Origin: Styela clava
Taxonomy: Eukaryota
Reading direction: 5' to 3'
DNA: 64,000 nucleotides
Assembly (NCBI RefSeq): GCF_964204865.1
Contig: NC_135258.1
Span: 9,176,001 to 9,240,000 of the forward strand
The translations under genes and the position numbers were made by a program. Shown in pieces: positions 1 through 11,760 of the stretch. The number at the start of each line of letters is the position of its first letter. Position 1 is the first letter of the stretch. The notes under the pieces were generated by a model. The model was not told where the DNA came from, made no database searches, and saw only the letters and a program-made list of their open reading frames with translations.

Positions 1-452
1 CTAAAATGATTAATTAAAAAGAGAACATTTTGTACTTCAAGAAGTGATGTATTATTTTGGATGAAATTAAACGCCTGGCAGTAATTATCATCTTCCCGAG
101 CTTTTTATGCTGTGATTATTTCATCAGTATAAAATGATTGATTAAGAAGAGAACATATTGTACTTCAAGAAATGATGTATCAATTTAGATATCAATATTT
201 TGGATGAAATTAAACGCCTGGCATCTCCCCGAGCTTTTTATGTTGTAATTAGTCCATCAGTATAAAATGATTAATGAAAATAGAACATTTCGCACTTCAA
301 AAAGTGATGTGTCATTTTGGATGAAATTTAAAAATGAAACGCCTGGCAAAATTTATCATCTTCTCGTGCTTTTTTATGTTGTAATAAGTACATCAGTATA
401 AAATGATTGATTAAAATAGAACATTCCACACTTATAAAAGTGATGTGTCATT
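1..452. repeat. Degenerate tandem repeat, ~130-bp unit, ~3.4 copies (may extend left of the window)
   Basis: The unit aaaatgatt(a/g)attaa..agaacatt..acttcaa..gtgatgt..ttttggatgaaatt..aacgcctggca..catcagtat recurs at ~3, ~131, ~263 and ~399. Confidence 0.85.
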
Positions 453-3400
453 CTGAGGTATCAACCGAGTAGTTGTCGGTAAAACTTTCGCCATTTTCAT
501 TTTTTTTTTATTCGACTGCCAGCGCATCCTTGAACTTGCGGTGCCGTCTGCCTGATAAATCATGCTTTATTGCGACCTATTGGCAAATATTTGCTGCATA
601 TCGACTGCCGATGGATCAAACGGGTTCTGTAGACGGATAGGCTTCGAGGACAGCACAACATAAATCATAATTTGTTGTGTCAACCATTAAAGATTCTATG
701 AGTGCCCTAGATTCGACTTTCTTTGAGTAAATACGGAGATGTCGTAACCTTTTGTCTATAACTGCAATCGGAGCCGCACGCGCACTTTGCTCTCGGGGTT
801 CTGGCTCCCGCGAATCAAAGCGACTACAGCAGTTTTATGTTAGAAGCAGTGGGGATTCAATGAAGTCTATTACTACTCACTAATTATATATCACAGCAGG
901 TAAAAGTTGACAGCGGTAACAAAATAGGTCGTATTAAAGGTGATTCAAATCTGTCAAAACAATTTCTTTTCAAGTTCTTTTCACTACTCGTAAACTGAAT
1001 TAATTCATCATTCCTAATTTATTTGACTTCTTCTCAGTAAGAACTAGAATATTGCATCATAAGTGTTTTTTTCGAGAGTTTTAATAGCCACTGACATTAG
1101 TGTAGATGTTGCGGTTTCGAGAAGGTTTGAGTGTGACGGAAAAGATGTCTAATTGCTCTTTCAACGCGAAGGGCTGACAACCCGTGGTTATAATTAACAA
1201 CTCACGCAAGAAGGTTCACGTGTATTTGCAAAAATGAATAGGTAGCAATTAGGGGCTTTGTTCAAAATGATTCAAATATAGTTTAGCATATGATAAGAAA
1301 AGAGTTCTCCATTGAACTATAATTAAATAAATGCTTCGGTTTGTATGTTAACGATCAGAATAAATATGGATTCGGTATTTGAGAGTAGGTTTCGCCACGA
1401 TTTAAATATAACATATATAATTAAAAACGACTCCATCATTAGACTATACCCAAGTAGCTGGTGCAAAGTTCGATTTCAATATTGACGAGAAAAATAAATA
1501 GAGGGGCGGCAATTCAAAATATATATGTTTTACTAAGATTTAAATATATTATTTAGTGTATGGAATGAATGAAAAATTCAATATTGGATAATGATTAAGT
1601 AAATGATTCAATTTTATATTGATGAGAAATATAAATAGAAGGTTTACTAGGATTTGATTATATGTCTAAATATATATACTATTTAAATACATATATATAT
1701 CAACATCGTATAAAATGTCCACCATTTGACTATAGTCAGATAACTGGTGAAAAATTCTTTGTATGTATGAATGTGCACAACAAAAAGAACGGTCGGTAAG
1801 TAAGAGTACCGGTAAGTTTCTTCAAGGCTAATTGAGGTCTGGTACACTGATCAAGAAATAGATTTGAATCAAAGCACCCATTATTTCATTGATATTTATT
1901 TGTGATAACGAGTCGAGCAGCGAATTCTACAGAGAGAGTACAAGTTTATTCATTTTTTAGGATCCGCGATTGTCTCTTGCAAAATTAGCGAGTCATTGTG
2001 GAAAAACACTAGGTCGAAAAGCAAGGGCAAAGATATTCCTACCGGCTCGCTATTGGTTACTTACAACGGTCTGCGACGCCCCAATAGCGTGACAATTTTA
2101 GTTTGAATATTAACAAATCTTTCCTATATTTTTATGTCTTTATCGGAATTATTGATTTGTAATAAATTAGACCTCGTTAATCGGTCCATATAAATCATTA
2201 TTTCCTCAGCCATGGCCCTACGTCAAATGTTTACCGAAGGTTCACACGCGGCAGCGAACGTCGCGAAATCATGTATCGCTTGTTATGATTTGTTTGTTCA
2301 TCGTTCATTGTCTGTGATAAAACATTCGTTGGTCTTGCACGAATCGTTTCTGCAAACCCGCCAAACGATTCGAGTGCTCATTGAGTTGACTTTACGAAAC
2401 CCGCGTGGAGGGCCGGCATAAAGAGCAGATCTCACCACGTGTAGCGTGGACTTTGTTTCACAACGTGGATTTGAGATTTCGAGATTGTTTTTAGATATGA
2501 AAGTATCTTTAGAAATGTAATATGTTGTAAACCGTACATGTGTTATATCTTTCCTAATTGCTATTACAGCAAACAGAGCGGTTTCTGCAAGGTTATTTAG
2601 ACTAGGCATGAATAAATGCGTGATATCGGAAAATAAGATAAATTGTAGTCTATGTTGGCATTGCGGCTAATGTATTATCAAACGCACACCATAGACACAT
2701 AAAGCGTTTCAAGTTTTCAGTCAATTTTTCGAAATATTAAATAAATCTCCGACTAGAATATTTTCTTTGGTATAGGGAAGGTATATATTTGGTATAAGGA
2801 AGGTATATATTTTTGTGAAACAAAGAGAACCCAAGATGCTTATCGTTAAGGTTGACAATGGGATTAACATATACACCCTATTGTATGCTTATGTAGCAAA
2901 CTCATAAAAGCCCAATCAAATATACATGTACGTCAATTTTAAATATGCATATACTGCCATTGCATGAATGTGCTTATGCAGTCACGCATAATTTATTTAT
3001 TATTAAATACGGCAAGTAATACGCCGAAATAATCCAGTTATAATTTTAGTCACATATTTTTTCAATTCAAGAAACATCGCTGTATAAATTTTGTCGGATG
3101 TATCCACACTCGCTGACGATGTATCTCTCACGTACGATAACGTTTTGAAAACGACAATTTGACCATAATGTGACCACAAGTAGCCTACAATCGATTTAGT
3201 AAATTGCTGTGATCCAAACACCATTGGCGGTTGGTTGCATCTTCATATTATGAGCTGGTGACAACTACTGACAATATATACAAATTCAGTCACTCTTGGT
3301 ACACGAATACTTATGTATATCGACATTACATCAATTCTGCAGTGTGATGTCAATATACCCTACAACAGCTGATATAACCATTGTTAAATAATTTCAACTA

Positions 3401-4239
3401 TACAATATCACCTGAAATTATAAAGTTCGAATAAATATTCAGCTCGATTTTTAATTCAAAAGATATTTTGTAACCGAGACAAGTGAACGAACGCTCAACA
3501 AGGCATAAGTACTGTAAAGTTCACAAGACTCACGTTTGAACAAGTAAGTTCACAAGTACATGTTGAAGATCATCACGCCTCTCTCGAGGTTTTTTATCAG
3601 TAATGTAGACACTCTAGTTGCGAAGATACTCACGCTTTAACTCGAAGTTACGATGGGAAAACGGAAAAAAGGCATCTCATACGCTTTGCTCATACTCAAT
3701 TCCTTGAAAAATGAGAAGGTGAGAAAAAGGAGAAAAGTGCTAAAGGTCAGCAGTCGATTTCAACCAAAAATATGGCTTTAGGTCCACAGATTCTGAAATT
3801 CATTTTCTCAAAAAACTGACTCGTATACAGATTGAATATACATCTATAATATATATCCTAAATTTTTTTCGCCGGCTTCAATCTCATATATAATTTAGCG
3901 TTATGTTTGACATCTTAAGCCAAAATCGAAGTCATTTTGCAGCAATTTTACTTCTCATTCTTGACGCAAAGTTTCCTGAAATTTATCGTTTTGAAAAGCA
4001 CGTTTCCACATTGATCAAAACTGTTTTGTGATTGTCACGATTCGACAGGAATGTATTTTTGTTCAAATGATCGAAGGTAGCGTAGGCTAAAGCAGTAGCC
4101 CTGAAATAAAGAGTATTATATTGTATGTCACAGAGTATACAGTAGTACAATATCTTACTAAAGACGTTTTATTCATACAGAAATTCCAGTTTATTCAATT
4201 AAATTTACCTTTAAAAGTACGCCCTCATAAACAATCACA

Positions 4240-5917
4240 ATGGCAGCAGCAAAAATGACTGGAAAATGGAAATTAAAATCCTCCGACAAATTCGATGAGT
4301 ATATGAAAGAAATAGGTATTTTTAGTTACAATTTCATATTCAAATTTATTTCAGTGCAATTTTTTATTGTCGCAATTGTTTGCTTGTTTATGGTCGACGC
4401 AAACGTTCCTTGGGATGAATTTAACTAATGATCAAATATCCGACAGGCCGTGCATATATTTCACACGGCATTGACCATGACCCTCGAGACTAGAAACAGG
4501 TATTATGGCGTAACGATTTCTGGTACAATGACGTTCGATTACATCTTTGAGCTGCTTTACTTCTTTTTCTAAATTCAAGTCATGGATAAATATACTTGCG
4601 GCGGATAACTACGATTCAGTATTTGACGCTAGTAACAATTTGTTCATGACGTCATGTTATCTTGTTTGTAAAATACAAAATACGTTATGATGTCATAATG
4701 ATTTTTTTCAAATTTCAATATGACGTCACCAAAGTTTTCTGACGTCCGCGCATGTGAAAGCGGTGGTCACAAGTAAATTTTTAAAAATATCACTCAGCCT
4801 ATAATAGTTGTTTAGTAGCGAGCATAGGTCACTCAAATAGTATTCAATACTGTAGAATTGTACCAAATGATTCAATTCGGTGTCTTGTTTGATAGCTAAT
4901 AGATAACATGTAGGGATCACATATAAGCAAATCACTTCATAACAGCTTTGCCAGACCCTTTATTCAAATTCACGTTATATTCAAATATTGGCGAAATATC
5001 TAACAGCTTTTAATATTCGGCAAATGTTGATAAAAAATGGCTTTTTATCGCATTATTTTTCCAGGAGTAAACATCGCGCTTCGTAAAATGGGCAACCTGG
5101 CAAAACCTACGTTAACACTGAACGTTACAGACGGAACTTTCTATTACAAAAGTGAAAGCACATTTCGTACATTAACCCTGGAGTGTAAAATCGGGGAAGA
5201 ATTCGACGAGACAACGCCAGACGGGAGAAAAGTTAAGGTAGGCCCGACAGACTGCATTAGAAGTTTGTTGTATCAAGTTTAATTTTATCTAAATTTCGCC
5301 AACTGCTCAAAACCGGACACTTGTTGTCTTGTAACAAGTGTACTAATTTTTTTTTTTATTATATTTTTAGACAACTTTCTCTTGGGAAGGTGATAAACTT
5401 CTACACGTGCAGAAATGGGACGGGAAAAGTACAAAGATTTATCGATACATGGATGATTCCGGAGACCTCATCAATGTAACCTTTTTTCAAATTTTGTTAA
5501 AAAACGATATTGCGCCTATATACCGAAACACAATATTTTTAAGCTCACAATTACTGCAGAGCGTCGATTAATTCCGAATAATGTTTTTGATAAAAATGGA
5601 ATTGTGACTAAAATGAGTTGGTCAAAACAGGGGTCGCAATCGGGCAGACCATGTCGACCCAGAATGTTTCCCTACTTTAAAGTAGCTATACTTGTCAGTT
5701 ACTTATTCGAAGCAATTATTGGAACACGCCTAAAATAATATCAAATACACAAGTTAGTAAAATATGTTAGGAATATGATGGAAGGCTTGATTGATTTTTT
5801 CTGGGCGTTTCGAAAACTATTTTAAGTTGCATAAATAAATTACTGAATATTTTAAATATTTTTCAGGATTGTGAGATGAATGCGGTTACCTGCAAACGAA
5901 TCTACACTAAAGCGTGA
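4240..5917 (+). CDS. Fatty acid-binding protein (FABP3/FABP7-like iLBP), copy 1, 134 aa. Exons 4240-4315, 5065-5237, 5371-5475, 5867-5917
   Basis: GKWKLKSSDKFDEYMKEIG, RKMGNLAKP, GEEFDETTPDGRK, QKWDGK and CKRIY motifs. The four-exon FABP layout (76/173/105/51 nt) has GT-AG introns in compatible phases. Confidence 0.95.
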
Positions 5918-6469
5918 ACATGACAAATAATATTAAATGTTTTAACTTAATTTTTTTATGTTTTCGTTTTCTAAATTCGCCACTACCTATCCTGCCCATC
6001 ATTCAATCCATCTTTTGATTCGTCTTGCAAGTGATTCTATCTAATATAGGTGAACTAGATCGACACCATCTGTACTTATTATCATTTTTGCTCGTTGGAC
6101 TTATCAACAGTATAGTCCAATAAAAATGTGTTTATTAGACACAAAATGACCTTGCTAAATTGTTTTTCTTCGTGTTCGGTTGTGAAATCGGTTTTCCACA
6201 CAATTAATTGTCCGATCGATTTGAAATTTTCAGTATTTGAAAATAGAAAAATTATTTTTATTTCAAATGTTTTGTGATTATTAGGGGACCTGAAATGTAA
6301 ACGCAAGTTTTGTTGGCATTTGTAATTTATTTATTGACTCGCCTTTATTTAGTATTTGCTACAATTCTATCAACATTTGGTGTCCATATCAGTCATTTGA
6401 TCTTTTCGATATATTTGACCACCGATCTCTTGTTTATCTTTGTACTGCCTACATGGGGTAATATCATCA

Positions 6470-6712
6470 TTTTTATGCAGTAATTTTTATTATATGTTAA
6501 TTTGTGTGTTATAATTTTTTTATTAAGTTTAACAGTCTCGTTAATGGAGAGTGAAGCTGTTAAATAATATTTTGTATTGGTATTGAGCCGAAATCGTCTT
6601 TTTATGCAATAATTTTTATCATATGTTAATTTGTGTATTAATATTATTTTATTGAGTTTGGAGATCTCGTTAATGGAGAATGAATCTTTTAAAAAATATT
6701 CTGTATTGGTAT
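6470..6712. repeat. Tandem duplication, ~128-bp period, 2 copies
   Basis: tttttatgca.taattttta..atatgttaatttgtgt...tctcgttaatggaga.tgaa...tgtattggtat occurs twice (~6470 and ~6599). Confidence 0.8.
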
Positions 6713-7435
6713 GATTTCTCACAAAACTTTGGCAATCTCACAACGAATAGACCATATCACATATTATACATTTCATTATGCAAAAATGTAGTGTTGTTTA
6801 AATTTTAATTAGAATCTAACACTTGTTGGATCATTTATGACACAGAAAAATGACGATTTAGTGTTTTGAATCTTTCAAGTGTTAAAGATGTCCCGATCAT
6901 AGAAACTTTTGTTTCAAATCAATTCTTTCACTTGTAAATTCTGGTGACAGTAAATCGATTTTTGAAACTTATTTTTGTTTAAATTTCTTTATGTTATCCC
7001 GTTCTGAACTGTACAATTTTTTCGGAATTGTATTGACTCGACTATGGCCCTAAATGAACCACACTTCAACGCTATTATTTCAACGCATATCCAGAAACAT
7101 TACCTTGGCAAATCATTTGCGGGAAATATTTCTTCGAGTCTGTACGTCTGAAAAATATGTTCATGTTTTTTTTTCACGCCCAGCCCTCTACAATTATCTT
7201 ATTCTAGGCTATGTCTTCTGCATGAAACTAGTATCTCATTCTTGAAAATACGTGTGATATTTTTGTTCTTGATTATCGCGGTAATACTTTACTGAATTAA
7301 GCGAACAGGTGAACAACACTTTTTATAATTTGGTTTGGATAGTAAAAATAAAATGAAGCTTTGTCATGCACTGATTATTTTTAGATTATTTTTGTAATAA
7401 CTCAATTTTGATAAATTATTTAAAACAAAAACAGA

Positions 7436-9014
7436 ATGGCAAGTTCAAAATTGAATGGAAAATGGAAACTCAAATCTTCTGATAAATTTGATGAATATAT
7501 GAAAGAATTGGGTGAGTAATATAATGTATTCTGGTCTTTTTACTTATCGATCTTGTTTTACTTATCGATCTTGATCGGTAAGTATGTTGATAGGTATTTG
7601 TCTGTATGTCTGTGTGTTAGATGCACGCGATATCTCACGAAAGCGATGGTTCAATCTGCACCAAATTTTGCATGTGCATTCATCTTAGCTCGGATCAGAA
7701 GCTTATTGATTTTGGATGGATTATGTCGTATAATTAGCGAGTTATCAATCAATTAGTGATGGGACACACGGTGTCACTATAAAGTAAGACCACTGTTTTG
7801 GGGGATCCCCTAACCTTCGATCGATAAGTCTTCGGTTTCCAAACGAATTCTAGTTTAATACTTATTGCAAACGTAACAAATATATTCCACCAGGCTCAAA
7901 TTAGCATTATTTCTGGCAACACTATTTTACTCTATTTTGGTCACGCTATAGGCTACTACTCACACCCTTCACTGTAATTTTTCTACAAATTAACTGCGAA
8001 ATGGTATTGTATAAAGTTAAATCTGTACGTTTAACTACTAGGTGTTGGACTGGCAACAAGAAAAATGGGAAATTTAGCAAAACCTTCATTAACCCTAACG
8101 GTAACGGATGCCGCGTTTTCTTACAAAAGTGAAAGTACATTCCGTAACATGACATTTGATGGAAAGTTCGGATGTGAAACCGACGAAGAAACTGCCGACG
8201 GAAGAAAAGTTAAAGTAAGTTAATTAATAGTATGAAACTAATGGATTTGGATTTTTACCTTCGAATCAAATTCTGTTGTCAGGAGTAAAAGTTCCCTTCA
8301 GTCCACTGGGCAAAATAATCTATGATCTCATAATGGACTTCCAAAAGTTATTTTGACATCATAATGAAATTCTATAAATTTGTCAGATGTACTATAACGC
8401 AAAATTCAGCGTATGCTACAAATTGTAGTATATTATTGTATACATAAGCAAGTATTTTATGAAGTACTGACTTTAATTTGAAAACAAGTTAACAGACCCC
8501 AACTCGCGCGACCAAAAGACGATCTCGGTACGTTAGAGACCAGAATTATTGGTCCCACCCGATCGTGACCCGATTTTGACGGCTTCTTTTCAATATAATA
8601 TAAACCCATAATATTATTGTTTTCCAGACGACTTTGGCGTGGGAAGGTGATAAACTTATGCAAGAGCAGAAATGGGACGGAAAAAGTAGCAAGATTATAC
8701 GATTTGTTGATGATTCAGGAGAACTTGTTATTGTAAGAAATGCTAACGAGAAATTCAATTTATTTACAAGTATACTGTTTGCTGGACTGCTAATTTTACA
8801 TATCACTTTCGTGGCAAAGGAAATTGAGGCAGAACTTTCTTCTTCAAAGCTGAATGCTTTTGTTTGATGCAGGATTTAGATTTATGTGCCTCATCCACTT
8901 TGGTCACCAATGTTAACTCAATTCTATCATATCAATTTCATTGTTTCCTTTCTCCTTTTATAGGATTGCATTATGAATGGAGTCACTTGCAGAAGAGTTT
9001 ACACCAGGGCGTAA
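7436..9014 (+). CDS. Fatty acid-binding protein, copy 2, 134 aa. Exons 7436-7511, 8042-8214, 8628-8732, 8964-9014
   Basis: MASSKLNGKWKLKSSDKFDEYMKELG / GVGLATRKMGNLAKP...ETADGRKVK / TTLAWEGDKLMQEQKWDGK / DCIMNGVTCRRVYTRA*. Exon sizes are identical to copy 1. Confidence 0.95.
7555..7856 (+). mobile_element. DINE/HINE-like non-autonomous repeat in FABP copy 2 intron 1
   Basis: T-rich start with a short inverted repeat (tacttatcgatcttgatcggtaagta), a tgtctgt microsatellite-like block, subterminal cgatcgataagt and a ttctagttt end. Confidence 0.45.
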
Positions 9015-9619
9015 AACAAAGAAGCACAAGATAACGAAAGACGTCTGTTCCACATTGACTTTCCGCAGTATTTTACGATTGTGCTGTTACTTATAATCAA
9101 TACACTCGGCAATTTTTCCCACATTGCTAAATTTCGATGAATAATTTTTTGACGTATTTCAGAAGAGAGTGCTTTTCAATACGACACGTTTCACTCGCCA
9201 GAAGACCGCTTTATGCCTAGTTTATTTGTACTGGGACGTGCTCATGTGATGCTTCGATATGATCAGATAACAGTGCTGTTACTACAAGTTTTTTTTTCTT
9301 GAATGTGCATTGGTAATTTTGATAAAAGTAAAGTCTACTAATAGTTTATTTCTGAGTGCTAAACAATTGAATGTCTAACATCAATCCAATAAATTTTATT
9401 TCTATGAAAAAGCATGGTGAACGTGGTATCTCCGGGTCGGACAAACATTCTGAAGCTTATTTGCCACATTAACTGAGTGCTCGTTTTCAGCAAGTTTACC
9501 ATGTATGATTTTGGAGGTTTATATTGATGATATTCAGCTCCACATTTCATGTATTTAGTTATTTATTTAAATTAAATAATATCTGGCTACCGCATCATGT
9601 AGTATATATATAAATATAT

Positions 9620-10066
9620 ACCGGCCCTTATTCAAGCACGGGCGCTTGTTACTTTCGATCGTTACAATAATTAATATATTGTTATTTCCAGTTCTCAAGC
9701 ATGATTTAAACGAGAATGACGCTAATTTTGACTTTTTCTACGCACCGCAGGTACAAATCCGCAAAAGAAGAAAAGTTTTGCGACGCCCTATCAATATTGA
9801 AACGACGCACTTGGGCGTCGCGACGCCCAGTTTGAGAACCATGGTGTATGTACTTGAACGTGAGTGTTATCTAAAGGCGCTTAAAATTTAACAGCGTTGT
9901 GACAAAGCGCTTGCTATTTCCTATTGTTCCCTACAACTGAAAAATCAGGAAACATCGGGCGGGTATTCAAGCACCGGCCCTTATTTTGTTTTATGTTCTG
10001 TTCACACGGGCGGCTATTCAAACGGGCCCTTAATCAAGATCGGGCGGTAAAACGAGCATATACGGT
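9620..10066. mobile_element. Tc1/mariner-type MITE remnant in a TA-rich site
   Basis: Internal repeats ggcccttattcaagcac / gggcccttaatcaag, right end taaaacgagcatatacgg, and (TA)n on both sides. Confidence 0.5.
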
Positions 10067-10668
10067 ATATATATCAATGTTTAAACATTGAGAGAATAAA
10101 CTGAAATATTATGTGATAAATCAATGTTTGAACATTAAGAGAATAAACTGAAATATCTGTGACCCATCTAACCTAATCACATATTGCAATTATCTGGTAT
10201 AAAAACCGCTATTCGGACTCCATGAAGATTTAGGTAGCCTGTAGGCCTAATATAAATATATACATACATATCAGCGCGTTAACAATTTTACGTTGTACGT
10301 TGAGTTTTTGATATTTTACATTCGGTCCAATATCATTTTAATCATCATACCCAATTGTCTATCTATATTATCGAATTTGATTTCGTAGTAGAAAATGTTC
10401 AGGTCTCTGTAGTGAATGTGGAGTGCAGCATAATATTCTAAAATAAATTGAAATCCATAAATAAGGAAAGATGTTTCAATGTTTGATATTAACATTGAAA
10501 CACAACATTAGGCCTGCGCAAAACGAAAAAAAGAAATATTATGATAAATTCTAACTTCTAAACGCTTTGTCTGAGGTTCCAATCTTGTGCAATTCTATTC
10601 CATGATCACATACCTCGAAGGATTTCGGTCGGGGAATCGGAATATGTAGCCTATGTATCTCGGAAGTT

Positions 10669-11055
10669 CCGTATTTCCCCGAAAATAAGACTGGGTCTTA
10701 TTTCAATTTTCTTTCGAAAAAATAACACTAGGGCTTATTTTGGGGGGATGTCTTTTATTTTCAATTATCAAAAACAAAATCACAAAGTAGAGAATTTTGA
10801 TATTTTCAAATATATATATACGAAATATGTGAAACGATATCCATTTACTTATAAAAAAAAACACGTTTTTCTCACACTTTTAGGTTTATCATTTGAACCT
10901 GTAGGAGAGATTTCTTGCTATCGACTATAGGTGAAAAATAAATTTCGCGCTATTGACTAGGTCTTATTTTAAGGGGAGGGCTTATATTAAAATAATTTTT
11001 AAAATTCAGGCTATTTCTTATTTTCAGATTAGGTCTTATTTTTGGGAAAACACGG
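10669..11055. mobile_element. Tc1/mariner-pogo MITE
   Basis: TIRs ccgtatttccccgaaaataagac / gtcttatttttgggaaaacacgg followed by TA, with repeated gg(t/g)cttatt subterminal motifs. Confidence 0.8.
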
Positions 11056-11074
11056 TAAAATAGTGATGATTGAA

Positions 11075-11400
11075 AACATGATATGGAAAATCGTACTATC
11101 TAATGCAGCTCTGATTATCCTGCGTGAATTCGCAGGTTCGAATCCCCCGAGGGGTAAATTATGTGCGAGAGGATTGGCGACATCCTTGCTGCCGTAAGAT
11201 TGTTCACGAACCATAACCGCTGGTCGGTTACGCCGTCCTCCACCCTCATGCCCATGCATATGAAAATAAAATAAATTGCCAAATAATCTCATACCCGACG
11301 TCGACTCGTAACCGGACCAGAGGCCGTGGTTCACCATATGGACAAGCCGCATTATCGGCTTTTCTTTCCTTCTAGGATAAATTTGTGAATTCTATCCTTA
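11075..11400 (+). mobile_element. tRNA-derived SINE (family A)
   Basis: B-box ggttcgaatccc, a body matching the copy at 13440 (ttatgtgc.agaggattg, accgctggtcggttacg, ggccgtggttc), and a ctatcct tail. Confidence 0.8.
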
Positions 11401-11595
11401 GTCATTATGCATATCGGGTCATACACTTCTATACGAAACAAAATTATCTCCGAACGTTGCTATAGCATATTCAGATTTGTAGCGTATTGTGTTGCGTAAT
11501 AAGTAGTATTAAGTAGAACAGAGTTGTATTGAGTATTAAATAATAAAATATTGAATTAAACCACATTTTAAAAAATAGAATGGAATGTATTGATC

Positions 11596-11676
11596 GAAAT
11601 CGAACAACGAACGGCTCAGCCTACAGATCCGCGAATTTCGCGATAGTGATGTCATTCCCGCATTTGGGAAATCCCC
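11596..11676 (+). promoter_or_regulatory. Putative immune-responsive proximal promoter motifs upstream of ADAR1
   Basis: GGGAAATCCC (11666-11675) fits the NF-kB consensus GGGRNNYYCC. TGATGTCA (11647-11654) is CRE/ATF-like and GAAATCGAAC (11596-11605) is IRF-E-like. Motif match only. Confidence 0.35.
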
Positions 11677-11760
11677 ATCTCCGAGGGTACGGAATTTTTT
11701 TTGTCTCTGAGTTTTGGATTTACAGACGTCGTTGCAGCGTTGGCGCTTTGTAGAACTAAA

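Noticed and set aside
1-452. CRISPR-like array
   Set aside because: Whole ~130-bp units repeat without unique spacers, the context is eukaryotic, and there are no cas genes.
3510-3750. Nuclear receptor half-sites (agttca, aaaggtca) upstream of FABP copy 1
   Set aside because: No clean direct-repeat element; the matches are compatible with chance.
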